Part shown: piece by piece, positions 22,686 to 31,781 of the stretch | Layout of the letters: every line of letters starts with the position of its first letter | How positions within the stretch are numbered: position 1 is the first letter of the stretch | Notes under the pieces: generated by a model | What the model was told of the DNA's origin: nothing | Databases searched by the model: none | What the model saw: the letters and a program-made list of their open reading frames with translations, nothing else | From: Thermodesulfobacteriota bacterium | GTDB taxonomy: Bacteria > Desulfobacterota_D > UBA1144 > Nemesobacterales > Nemesobacteraceae | Assembly (NCBI GenBank): GCA_965202785.1 | Contig: OZ241855.1 | Coordinates: forward strand, 123,660-187,659 | Direction of reading: 5' to 3' | Length of the DNA stretch: 64,000 nucleotides | Translations under genes and position numbers: made by a program

Positions 22686-23555
22686 ATAAGCATTCTTGTA
22701 AATAAAGACTCAAAAGTCCTCGTGCAGGGGATAACGGGAAGCGCCGGGCTTTTCCACGCGACCCAGTGCCGCGAATACGGAACCAACGTCGTTGGCGGCG
22801 TCACTCCGGGAAAAGGCGGGAGCAGCGTCGAGGGATTCCCGGTCTTCGACACCATGGATGAAGCCGTGCGGGAAACCGGGGCGGACGTCTCTCTTGTGTT
22901 CGTTCCAGCGGCGTTTGCGATGGATTCGATGCTTGAGGCCCTTGATTCCGGCATTGAGATCGTAATCTGCATAACCGAGGGAATACCCACCCTGGACGTT
23001 GTGAGAGTAAAGGAGTACATGAGGGGCTCTCCAGCAAGACTTGTGGGACCCAACTGCCCGGGAGTAATAACCCCCGGGGAGGCCAAGGTGGGGATAATGC
23101 CCGGGTACATACATAAACCCGGAAGAGTGGGAATAATCTCAAGAAGCGGAACCCTCACCTACGAAGCCGTCTGGCAGCTTACCAATCTCGACATAGGGCA
23201 GTCGACGTGCATCGGCATAGGAGGCGACCCCGTTATCGGAACCACGTTTATCGACGCGCTCTCGCTCTTTGAGAACGATCCCGACACAGACGCGGTGATA
23301 ATGATAGGGGAAATCGGGGGGTCCGACGAAGAAGAGGCGGCCGAATACATAAGCGGGAACTTCACTAAGCCCATAGCCGCATTCATCGCGGGAGCCACGG
23401 CGCCCAAGGGGAAAAGAATGGGCCACGCGGGAGCCATTATTTCAGGGAGTTCGGGAAGCGCCGAGGACAAGTTCCAGGCACTCGAGCGCGCCGGAGTCAC
23501 CACCTGCAAGAGCCCGGCCGAGATGGGAGAAGCGCTTAAAAGCGTAATCTCGTAA
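22686..23555 (+). CDS. sucD: succinate--CoA ligase (ADP-forming) alpha subunit. The start codon is unresolved: ATA at 22686 aligns with the canonical Met, and the first standard start is GTG at 22722.
   Basis: [30 protein letters not shown]...[11 protein letters not shown]...[10 protein letters not shown]...MGHAGAII aligns along the full length of SucD. There is no sucC upstream. Confidence 0.85.
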   Translation: MSILVNKDSKVLVQGITGSAGLFHATQCREYGTNVVGGVTPGKGGSSVEGFPVFDTMDEAVRETGADVSLVFVPAAFAMDSMLEALDSGIEIVICITEGIPTLDVVRVKEYMRGSPARLVGPNCPGVITPGEAKVGIMPGYIHKPGRVGIISRSGTLTYEAVWQLTNLDIGQSTCIGIGGDPVIGTTFIDALSLFENDPDTDAVIMIGEIGGSDEEEAAEYISGNFTKPIAAFIAGATAPKGKRMGHAGAIISGSSGSAEDKFQALERAGVTTCKSPAEMGEALKSVIS

Positions 23556-23633
23556 CGCGCCCAAGACTTGACCGCCACTGCGAATCCTGCCCCTCACGCG
23601 GGTAATCCTTAAATTGGTTATCATTTTGCCCGT

Positions 23634-26240
23634 ATGGAACCAAAACTTTTCGAACTCGAGATCTTCAACAACCTTCTCGGAACAATCGCCGAGGAGATGG
23701 GTTCTGTTCTCGTAAGGGCGGGATTCTCCCCCAACATAAAGGAAAGAAGGGACCTTTCCTGCGCCATATTCAACTCAGACGGAGAAATGATCGCCCAGGC
23801 CGCCCATATCCCCATACACCTGGGATCAATGTCGTTTGCCGCAAGATCGGTAGCGACGGAGAATTTATCCCCGGGAGACGTTTTCATACTTAACGATCCT
23901 TTCCGCGGCGGAACGCATCTTCCGGACGTAACGTGCGTAGCGCCCGTGTTCGTCGACGGGAAGCCCGAGTTTCTGCTCGCCTCGCGAGCCCACCACGCTG
24001 ACATAGGGGGCGACACCCCGGGGTCCATGCCGCTTTCAACAACAATCCACGAAGAGGGAATCATAATACCCCCGACAAGAATACGGGAAGAGGGAATACT
24101 CAAAGAAACCCTGCTTCAGGAAATAATCCTCTCGACCAGGGATCATGAGGAAAGAGAGGGGGATCTTCGGGCGCAGATAGCCTCGCTTGATACCGGGGAG
24201 AGAAGGATGCTGGAACTGCTCGAAAAATATTCTCTTTCGAAAATAAACCAGGCCGCTTCCGGGCTTCTTGACTACGGGGAGAGGCTCATGAGAAACGCCA
24301 TAGAGAAAATACCGGACGGCGATTACGTCTTCACTGACTACCTTGAAGACGACGGAGCGGGAACGAGGAATATACCGATACAGGTAAAGATAGAAATAAG
24401 CGGGGACGCTGCGGTAGTGGATTTCAGAGGAAGCTCGAAAAAGGTAAAAGGATGTCTTAACGCTCCCCTCAGCGTAACCACCTCCGCGGTTCTTTACTGT
24501 TTTCAGTGTCTCTCGGGCGAAGACACTCCCCTTAACTCGGGAACCCTGAGACCGATTGAAATCAGAGTCGATGAGGACTCGATTCTTAACGCCAGGTACC
24601 CGAGCGCGGTCGTCGGCGGAAACGTCGAGACGTCCCAGAGGATAGTGGACGTGGTGTTCGGAGCGCTCGCGGAGGCAATACCCGAAACGATACAGGCGGC
24701 AAGCGCGGGAACAATGAGCAACCTCGCGTTCGGCTCGCCGCAAGACGCGCCTTCCGATGCCTCCTACGCCTACTACGAAACCATAGCCGGCGGAATGGGA
24801 GGACGGTCGGGCGCGGGAGGAGCAAACGCAGTGCACACGCACATGACAAACACGCTCAACACCCCCGTTGAGGCAATCGAGAGGGAACTTCCCGTAATGG
24901 TGGAATCATACTCCGTAAGAAAGGGGTCAGGAGGCGCCGGCAGGTTCCCGGGCGGGGACGGAATCATAAGGCAGTACAGGTTCCTTGAGGACTCTCATCT
25001 CTCCCTCATAACCGAGAGAAGGGAGAAGCGGCCCTGGGGAGCCCGAGGCGGAGAAGACGGAGCGAGCGGGCGAAACACGCTTGTTTCGGGTGGGGAAGAA
25101 AAAAAACTGCCCGCGAAGTGCTCTATTTCGGTAAAGGCCGGAGAGGCGGTGAGAATCGAGACTCCGGGAGGGGGAGGATGGGGAGAGCCCGTCCCGGCTA
25201 ATTTTTTCACCATCGACGCTCACCAGGACATAGCCTTTCACATTCGCCACTACAAAAGGGACTTCGAGAATCCCGAGGTTCCCTGCATGATAACCCTGCC
25301 CGGACTCAAGGAGAGCGGGGCAAGGGTTGTTTTCAACACCGTTTTCATACACCCGAAGCACAAACCCGCGGGTTCCGTCGCAGAAGCCATGGCCCAGCTT
25401 GACGTGTACGACGGCATATACAGAGAACACTCGGAAAGCGTCTTTCAGATAAAAGACAGACGGGATATAGACAGACTGCTGGAAGGCAAAAAAATCGGAT
25501 TTTTCACTCTCATGGAAGGAGCGGACCCGATCTTGAACCCGCAGCATCTTCTTGAATACCAAAAAAGGGGCGTCCGAGCCCTCGGCCTTTCCTGGAACAA
25601 CAGGAACATCTACGCTTCCGGGCCCGAAAGCAGCAAAGGGCTATCCGATCAGGGAAAGGAGCTTCTGCGGCAGATGAACGCCTTGGGCATCACGCTTGAT
25701 CTCTCCCACCTTAACGAGAAATGTTTCTGGGAGAGCGTGGAGCTAACCGAGCTCATACCCGTTGCGACCCACTCAAACTCAAGAGCGCTTGTTGATCATC
25801 CCAGAAACCTGCGTGACGAGCAGCTTCGCGCCATCTCCGAGAGAGGCGGGGTAATCGGGGTTGTTTTCTACGGAAAATTTCTAAGAAAGGCGGAAGGATG
25901 CGCCACCCTCGAAGACATATACGCTCACATAGACCACATTATAAGCGTCTGCGGCGAGGACCACGTGGGAGTGGGAACCGACATGCGGCGAGGACCACGT
26001 GGGAGTGGGAACCGACATGGACGGAGCGCCGGTAAAGGATTTCCCGGAAGAAATGAGACACATATCGGAACTCCCGGCACTTCCCGAGTATCTCCTCGGC
26101 AAGGGATATCCGAGGGGGGTTGTGGAGAAAATAATCGTCGGAAGGGATATCCGAGGGGGGTTGTGGAGAAAATAATGGGAATGAACTTCCTTCGGGTAAT
26201 AAAAACGAACCTCGAAGAGGCACCGGACGACATAGAATAA
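23634..26240 (+). CDS. fusion ORF: hydantoinase B/oxoprolinase (HyuB) domain plus M19 membrane-dipeptidase-like domain. The C-terminal domain is disrupted by two tandem duplications.
   Basis: The N-terminal ~520 aa carry HyuB motifs (ERRDLSCAIF, HIPIHLGSM, FRGGTHLPD, ...TPGGGGWGEP). The C-terminal part is IDAHQDIA...SWNNRN...THSNSRAL...VCGEDHVGVGTD...MGMNFLRV. Confidence 0.8.
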   Translation: MEPKLFELEIFNNLLGTIAEEMGSVLVRAGFSPNIKERRDLSCAIFNSDGEMIAQAAHIPIHLGSMSFAARSVATENLSPGDVFILNDPFRGGTHLPDVTCVAPVFVDGKPEFLLASRAHHADIGGDTPGSMPLSTTIHEEGIIIPPTRIREEGILKETLLQEIILSTRDHEEREGDLRAQIASLDTGERRMLELLEKYSLSKINQAASGLLDYGERLMRNAIEKIPDGDYVFTDYLEDDGAGTRNIPIQVKIEISGDAAVVDFRGSSKKVKGCLNAPLSVTTSAVLYCFQCLSGEDTPLNSGTLRPIEIRVDEDSILNARYPSAVVGGNVETSQRIVDVVFGALAEAIPETIQAASAGTMSNLAFGSPQDAPSDASYAYYETIAGGMGGRSGAGGANAVHTHMTNTLNTPVEAIERELPVMVESYSVRKGSGGAGRFPGGDGIIRQYRFLEDSHLSLITERREKRPWGARGGEDGASGRNTLVSGGEEKKLPAKCSISVKAGEAVRIETPGGGGWGEPVPANFFTIDAHQDIAFHIRHYKRDFENPEVPCMITLPGLKESGARVVFNTVFIHPKHKPAGSVAEAMAQLDVYDGIYREHSESVFQIKDRRDIDRLLEGKKIGFFTLMEGADPILNPQHLLEYQKRGVRALGLSWNNRNIYASGPESSKGLSDQGKELLRQMNALGITLDLSHLNEKCFWESVELTELIPVATHSNSRALVDHPRNLRDEQLRAISERGGVIGVVFYGKFLRKAEGCATLEDIYAHIDHIISVCGEDHVGVGTDMRRGPRGSGNRHGRSAGKGFPGRNETHIGTPGTSRVSPRQGISEGGCGENNRRKGYPRGVVEKIMGMNFLRVIKTNLEEAPDDIE
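25950..26019. repeat. perfect 34-bp tandem duplication (GCGGCGAGGACCACGTGGGAGTGGGAACCGACAT x2) inside the dipeptidase domain
   Basis: Copies at 25951-25984 and 25985-26018 are identical. 34 mod 3 = 1, so the reading frame shifts. Confidence 0.95.
26101..26176. repeat. 41-bp-period tandem duplication (35 identical nt: AAGGGATATCCGAGGGGGGTTGTGGAGAAAATAAT)
   Basis: Copies start at 26101 and 26142. 41 mod 3 = 2, which restores the frame lost at the 34-bp duplication. Confidence 0.95.
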
Positions 26241-26335
26241 CGTGTCGCCGATTTTTCCGTTAATTTCTTTATCCAGAGCGGATACTTGCCGATTTTCCTC
26301 TTAGAGAGGCAACGAAGCGCTTACAGCGAAGACCG

Positions 26336-26758
26336 TCAGCCCAGGTTTATCCTGTACCTTCCTGGACCGGAAATCATCAACACCACGTAGACGAAAAGAT
26401 ATTCAATCGCGTGTGAAGCCCCCTGCCATCCCGCCGCGGGTGACTCCTCCGGAAGATACAGGTGAAAGAGAACCGCTACGATCATGTTAACGGACAGAAG
26501 AAAAGTCGCAGGCATAAAGAAAATCCCCGCGATTATGAAAGCCGAGCAGAAAGACTCGGCAAAAGCCGCCATAAAGCCCCAGAAAACCGGATAAAAATCA
26601 ATGCCGAAGGTCTGCAGTGACCCCCCGACTTTAGCCCATCTTTCGGGACCCCCGATCAGTTTCCCGTAGCCGTGAAAAATAAGCATCGAGAAGCCGAAAC
26701 CCACTCTGAGCAGAAAAATTCCTAAATCCCAGTCCCTGTCTCTGCCGTAACTTAACAT
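26336..26758 (-). CDS. DoxX-family membrane protein
   Basis: 140 aa with four TM helices. LLRVGFGFSMLIFHGYGKL is DoxX-like. Confidence 0.75.
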   Translation of the reverse strand: MLSYGRDRDWDLGIFLLRVGFGFSMLIFHGYGKLIGGPERWAKVGGSLQTFGIDFYPVFWGFMAAFAESFCSAFIIAGIFFMPATFLLSVNMIVAVLFHLYLPEESPAAGWQGASHAIEYLFVYVVLMISGPGRYRINLG

Positions 26759-26828
26759 ACCGTATACTCTATACTAAGAAGATTTGTTAGACAAGGTTTC
26801 CTTCAACAAACCGAACCGAACAGTCCTA

Positions 26829-27629
26829 TTAGACAAGATCTTCCCCGCCGTCAACCCCTATCACGTTACCCGTGATCCAGGATGCTTCGTCAAGAGAGAG
26901 AAGCGCGATGGCTTTTGCCACGTCTTCAGGTGTCGTCAGTCTTCCCGAAGGGTTTGCCGCGAGAGCGTGACCGATGAGCTTATCGTTTCCCGGGATCTTT
27001 CTCAGCGCGGGAGTGTCCGTCACTCCAGCCATTACTGAATTAGCGGTAATGCCGTTTGGAGCGAGTTCAACGGCAAGCTGCCGTATGTGGGCCTCTATGG
27101 CCGCCTTGGCGGCCGATACCGCACCGTAAGTAGGCCATACCCTGTGACTCCCCGAGCTCGTCATGGCGAATATTCTCCCGCCCTCGCCCATTAACCCTTC
27201 CATAACAAGGTCCTGGGCCCAGTAAACGATGCTGTGGGCCATCACGTCCAGGGTCATGTCAATGTTCCTGCTGTTAAGAACGTCCCTGCGTTCATCCGCA
27301 ACGTAGCGTTTGAGCGTCCCGAAAGCTACAGAATGTATCATCACCTTCACCCGGGATTCATCCTGCCCCACCACGTCCTTCATGTCCGCAATAACTTCCT
27401 GTCTTTTCTCAGCGTCGGCCACGTTCACGTTGTAGAACCTGACATCGCTTCCCGTAGCCTTTATTTCCTCAACTATGCCCTCCACCTTCGCCATCGTGCC
27501 CCTGCGGTCAAGGTGCACGCCGAAAATATTCATTCCCCGGCGCGCAAGCTCAAGGCTGCAGGCCTCCCCGAAGCCGCTTGAAGAGCCGAGAACAAGCGCC
27601 CAGCTACCTTTAATAGAATTCTCAAACAA
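26829..27629 (-). CDS. SDR-family oxidoreductase (enoyl-ACP reductase FabL-like)
   Basis: Contains the glycine-rich LVLGSSSGFG motif, Y..AAK catalytic spacing (YGAVSAAKAA) and a C-terminal ITGNVIGVDGG. Confidence 0.75.
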   Translation of the reverse strand: MFENSIKGSWALVLGSSSGFGEACSLELARRGMNIFGVHLDRRGTMAKVEGIVEEIKATGSDVRFYNVNVADAEKRQEVIADMKDVVGQDESRVKVMIHSVAFGTLKRYVADERRDVLNSRNIDMTLDVMAHSIVYWAQDLVMEGLMGEGGRIFAMTSSGSHRVWPTYGAVSAAKAAIEAHIRQLAVELAPNGITANSVMAGVTDTPALRKIPGNDKLIGHALAANPSGRLTTPEDVAKAIALLSLDEASWITGNVIGVDGGEDLV

Positions 27630-27709
27630 TCTACGCTACCTCTCTAGATATCGAATTTAAGAAAGTGGAATCGTACACGATTCCCCCTCTTTTTTCTAAA
27701 CCGGAAAGA

Positions 27710-29191
27710 TTACGGCGATCCGTCGTCCGTCTCCTCGCCCGGGGAAACGGCGTATCCCGAGAGCCGGGACTTCTCGGAGATATCCGGGGGAAGCTCTTTC
27801 GAGGTTTTAATTCCCAACTCCCTGAGATCCGAAGCTCTTTTCACGAGGTTACCCCTCCCGTCGCGAAGGCTGCCCATCGCCTTTTGATAAGCCTGATCGG
27901 ACTGTTCTATGCGCTTTCCGACTTCCTCAAGATGCTCAACGAAAGTCACGAACTTGTCGTACATCCTGCCGGCGCTTTCGGCTATCTCCCTGGCGTTTGC
28001 GTTCTGGGACTCAAACTGCCAGATGCTGTGTATGGTTCTAAGCGTCGCGAGAAGAGTCGAGGGACAGACGATTATAACGTTTTTCTCGAAAGCCTCCGCA
28101 TAAATATCCCTCTCCGTCTCTATGGCCAGCATGAAAGCCGACTCGAGTGGAACGAACATCAAAACGTAGTTAAGGCTCGTTATTTCGGGGATATCCTCGT
28201 ATCTCTTGTCGCTGAGTTCCTTTATGTGGCTTCGAAAGGAAAGAACGTGCTGTTTCAGGTAATCATCCCTCTCCTCCTCATCCTCGCAGGAGACGTATCT
28301 CTCGTAAGCAGTGAGCGAGACCTTGGAGTCGATTACAACATCTTTTCCCTCAGGAAGGTGAACGATCACGTCGGGCCTCAGGGTATTGCCGTTACTTCCC
28401 TTGTAGCTTGACTGGGAGTGATACTCCCTTCCCTCGGAAAGACCCGACATCTCAAGCGCCTTCTCAAGCACTATTTCGCCCCAGGCGCCCTGGGTCTGCG
28501 ATTCTCCCTTGAGGGCGGTGGTAAGATTGAGGGCTTCCTGGCTCATCTGCTCGCCCAGTTTCTTGAGGTTCTCTATGTGGGTTTGCAGGGAAGCTCTGTC
28601 TTTGCTCGCCTCCGTGTGGGTATCAGTGACTTTCTTCTCGAAATCCTTTATCTGCTCGCGCAGGGGATTAAGCAGGGTCTCCATATCCGTCTTGTTCTTG
28701 TCGGTGAATTTCTTGGTCGTATCCTCGAAAATCCTGTTTCCGAGGTTCTCAAACTCATCTCCGAGTCTTTTTTTCGCTTCATCCAGAATGGCCAGTTTTT
28801 CCTCGAAACCCTTTCTTTCCTGCTCTATGGTCGCACTGAGCCCTGAGAGCGCACTTTCCTTCCTGGCAACCTCGGACCCTAGCTCACTAACCAGTTTTTC
28901 GAACCCGGAAATCCTTGAATCACGGTCCGAAATGGCGGCTTCCTTTTCTTTTACGCTGGACTGAAGGGAGGCTTTCTCGGCGTTAAGGGCACTTGTGGCC
29001 TCGACCGATTTCTTAAGCTCTCCTTCAAGCAGTACACCCTTGCTCTTTGACTCTTTCAGTTCGGTTCTTATAATGGACAGCTCGGTTTCGGCGGACTTTC
29101 TCTGGCCTTTTTCCCTGGTCAGATAGTAGAACAACGGAATAGCGACAATGGCAATCACGCCCAGGTGGGTAAGCAGGTCGGGGATATTCAT
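27710..29191 (-). CDS. rmuC: DNA recombination protein RmuC
   Basis: It has an N-terminal TM helix, a long coiled coil, and a C-terminal RmuC nuclease-like domain (RPDVIVHLPEGKDVVIDSKVSL..., MFVPLESAF). The ATG at 29191 is preferred. Confidence 0.85.
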   Translation of the reverse strand: MNIPDLLTHLGVIAIVAIPLFYYLTREKGQRKSAETELSIIRTELKESKSKGVLLEGELKKSVEATSALNAEKASLQSSVKEKEAAISDRDSRISGFEKLVSELGSEVARKESALSGLSATIEQERKGFEEKLAILDEAKKRLGDEFENLGNRIFEDTTKKFTDKNKTDMETLLNPLREQIKDFEKKVTDTHTEASKDRASLQTHIENLKKLGEQMSQEALNLTTALKGESQTQGAWGEIVLEKALEMSGLSEGREYHSQSSYKGSNGNTLRPDVIVHLPEGKDVVIDSKVSLTAYERYVSCEDEEERDDYLKQHVLSFRSHIKELSDKRYEDIPEITSLNYVLMFVPLESAFMLAIETERDIYAEAFEKNVIIVCPSTLLATLRTIHSIWQFESQNANAREIAESAGRMYDKFVTFVEHLEEVGKRIEQSDQAYQKAMGSLRDGRGNLVKRASDLRELGIKTSKELPPDISEKSRLSGYAVSPGEETDDGSP

Positions 29192-29292
29192 GGCAGATCT
29201 TATATTGTAAACTATTCGGCCTGACAATAAAAACGGCACATACATAGACTTGTACCAGACCAGTTTGCATTTTGTTCGGAGGAAGAATAGAC

Positions 29293-29574
29293 ATGAAAAT
29301 TTCGAAAACTAAACGCGTCTGGACCGTCGCTGAGGCCAAGGTGAAACTTTCTGAAATACTGAGGCTTGCAGAGACTGAGGGTCCTCAGCGTATCGGAGTA
29401 CGAAAGTCCTTCATTCTGGTACCTGAAAAGGTGTGGGAGACTAGAGAACCGCCTAAAAAGCATATGGGTCAGTGGCTACTTGAAAACATGCCACGGGGAA
29501 TCGAGCTTGAAATCCCGCATAACCGAGAGTCCAAACGCAAAATCCCGTTCATTGAGGATGATGAAGCTGGATGA
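29293..29574 (+). CDS. Phd/YefM-type (prevent-host-death) antitoxin
   Basis: RVWTVAEAKVKLSEILRLAETEGPQRIGVRKSFILVPEKVWE matches the Phd/YefM N-terminal fold pattern. The SD GGAGGAAG lies upstream. Confidence 0.7.
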   Translation: MKISKTKRVWTVAEAKVKLSEILRLAETEGPQRIGVRKSFILVPEKVWETREPPKKHMGQWLLENMPRGIELEIPHNRESKRKIPFIEDDEAG

Positions 29575-29714
29575 TCGGCTATTTTCAGGGATACTGGGGT
29601 AGTATAATCGAAGCCGAACTATCTGTTTCCTTGATACTCGAAACTGCTCTTATAAACGAGTTCGCCTATCTATTGATTCAAGCTTTTAGAAAGGTACCGG
29701 GGTTACAGACTTAA
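29571..29714 (+). pseudogene. 47-codon ORF translationally coupled (ATGA) to the antitoxin. It is possibly a truncated PIN/VapC-type toxin remnant.
   Basis: The 4-bp overlap is typical of TA pairs. LILETALINEF is only faintly reminiscent of the YLLDTNV PIN N-terminus. The ORF ends where the rRNA-like remnants begin. Confidence 0.3.
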
Positions 29715-29789
29715 GCTTACAAGTCCTCCAAACCCCGCGTCGACTCTTTTAACCCTCAGTGTAGCGCTTTAAATTCCAAGAGCCGTCTT

Positions 29790-29897
29790 ATCCAGGCAAT
29801 TCATCAGCTGAATTGATGTTGGGGAGGTCTGAGAGTTTCACTCACCCGAGTGGAACAGGATGGGACTATTAGGACTGAATGTTCCGTATCACCTTGA
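29790..29897 (-). pseudogene. decayed 5S rRNA-like sequence
   Basis: The reverse complement contains GUCCUAAUAGUCCCAUCCUGUUCCACUCGGGUGAGUGAAAC and ..CCUCCCCA..AAUUGCCUGGAU, which align to 5S loop B/C and helix I. About 24 nt of the helix IV/V region are missing, and the helix I strands no longer pair. Confidence 0.45.
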
Positions 29898-30096
29898 AAT
29901 AACTTAATTTTCACTTGACAAGCGTTTAAGCTGAGGGATAGAATTACTATTAGATTCTACGCAGTCTTCACAGCCTGCGAAGGTTACGATAATCTCAACT
30001 TAAAAGAATAATTTCCTAACAATATGATGGGGCAAGTGGCTAGTTGCAGGGTAATCACCTTAATTTTCACAGGCGAACGATCGAACGCTGACCGTC

Positions 30097-30265
30097 GGTG
30101 AGAATCTCCAATCCTCAAGACAAGTTTCACGGCCGATTAACACTCGCCAACTTAATCCCCCGCAAAACTTAGGTCCCGAACCTGTCAACCTCGTAATCCT
30201 TACGGAACCTTACTTTCCAGACTTGCTTCGCATGCTGCTCCCTGCCGCTTACGCATTATCTGGCC
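30097..30265 (-). pseudogene. diverged partial copy of the 23S rRNA 3' end (last ~145 nt plus the 3' processing flank)
   Basis: TTTCACGGCCGATTAACACTCGCCAACTTAATCCCCCGCAAAACTTAGGTCCCGAACCTGTCAACCTCGTAATCC aligns with 34396-34470 of the real 23S at about 70-75% identity by eye, in the same orientation. Confidence 0.6.
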
Positions 30266-30332
30266 CCAACCTGTTGTTCCTATTGAGAAAAAACATTAAG
30301 CATTTCCCTAAAAAATCGCAGGAGGATTTATT

Positions 30333-31325
30333 ATGGGAGAGCAGAATACACTTGAGAAATCACATTCCATGAAATTGCTAGAAGAGGAAGCGAACCTTAG
30401 AGAGCTTATCAGCGAATCCGTGTCAGAAAACACGCTTAATATCTACCACGGGGCGCTGCGTCGTCTTGGAGCGTTCATGGGAATTGAAGTCGGGAGAGAA
30501 ATGGATGTAGACCTGCTGCTTGAAAAGCTCAATGACGTTGCTCTCGCCCGCTACATTGCGGCACTCGAAGCCGAGGGCAAGGCCCCCGCCACGGCTCAAA
30601 TGGCTATAGCGGCGGTTTCCTACGCGGTGAAACTCAGAGACATAAAGTCACCGGTTAACAGGCTTACGGCGGCGGTAATGCGGGGATTTCGCCGCAAGGG
30701 AGCGAACCGGGGACGCGGCCAGGCCCGCGGGGTCAGCTGGACACAGGCCGAGACGATGGCAGCTAAGGCGAGCGAAGATCCGGATTCGCTTTCAGGCATC
30801 CGTGACGCGGCTTTGATCTCGGTCATGTCCGACGCGATGCTGAGAATTTCCGAAGCGGCAGCGCTGCTTGTCTCAGACGTCACGGAAGAAACCGACGGTT
30901 CCGGGCGGCTGAGTGTCAGGCGCTCAAAGACGGATCAGGAAGGCAGGGGAGCGGTTCTTTATCTTGGCCGCCCGACGATGGTGCGGGTTCGCGCGTGGCG
31001 GGAAGCGGGAAGAGTGAATAACGGGGCGCTTTTTCGCAGAGTATCACGCGGAAAGATTCATACTTCTCGAGTCGGGGAAATGGCTCTACGCCCCTTGTCC
31101 ATACGCCGCATTCTCAAAGCTCGAGCCGCGCAGGCAGGAATAGAGGGGGTAAGCGGTCATTCTCTGCGCGTCGGGGCGGCGCAAAGCATGGCAGCCAGCG
31201 GTGCGACTCTCGTCGACATGCAGGTCGCGGGCCGCTGGCAGTCCCCGCAAATGCCTGCCCTCTACTCCAAGCATCAGCTTGCGGGGAGTAACGCCGTCGC
31301 TCGCATTCGCTACGGTTGCGGATGA
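30333..31325 (+). CDS. Cre-like tyrosine site-specific recombinase
   Basis: LRISEAAALLVSDV (Arg-I region), GHSLRVGAAQSMAASGATLVDMQVAGRWQS (H-x-x-R box and Trp) and ALYSK (catalytic Tyr). It is collinear with the Cre GHSARVGAARDMARAGVSIPEIMQAGGW segment. Confidence 0.85.
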   Translation: MGEQNTLEKSHSMKLLEEEANLRELISESVSENTLNIYHGALRRLGAFMGIEVGREMDVDLLLEKLNDVALARYIAALEAEGKAPATAQMAIAAVSYAVKLRDIKSPVNRLTAAVMRGFRRKGANRGRGQARGVSWTQAETMAAKASEDPDSLSGIRDAALISVMSDAMLRISEAAALLVSDVTEETDGSGRLSVRRSKTDQEGRGAVLYLGRPTMVRVRAWREAGRVNNGALFRRVSRGKIHTSRVGEMALRPLSIRRILKARAAQAGIEGVSGHSLRVGAAQSMAASGATLVDMQVAGRWQSPQMPALYSKHQLAGSNAVARIRYGCG

Positions 31326-31781
31326 CGCGTTGCGTGACCGGGAAGGGTGGCAGCTGCGAAGCTAAATTTCACATCGGGAAAAACCGGAGTTAAAACGCAG
31401 CCTCGCTGCCCATCCCGGCAATCATCTCGCAAGAAAAGCCTAACTCCAAAAACCCCTCAACTTTAAGTTTAACAGAACGCCTGAGTAATTCCTCAGAGGA
31501 GAAAAAACACCGTATTACCACCATCCAAGCGACATAAGACTGGCCCTCTCCGCAAAGACATACAAGAAAAACGATAGATACAAGTTGCTTCGTTGCTTCT
31601 GATTCTTAACTGAAATTAGGGAACGGAACAAAACAAGTTTTTTCTGATATATGAATAATTTTGAGAATCAGGAATTACAGGAGTTAATCGAAAATTATAA
31701 AGAGGTGCGGGTTTCTTTGCTTCCAAACCTTTTGATAGCTACTCAAGACTAAAATCTATAATTTTTAAAGGAGGATTTATT

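Noticed and set aside
24036-25562. Several 200-270-aa minus-strand ORFs inside the HyuB-dipeptidase gene
   Set aside because: They are antisense to a strongly motif-supported gene and have Arg-rich, low-complexity translations.
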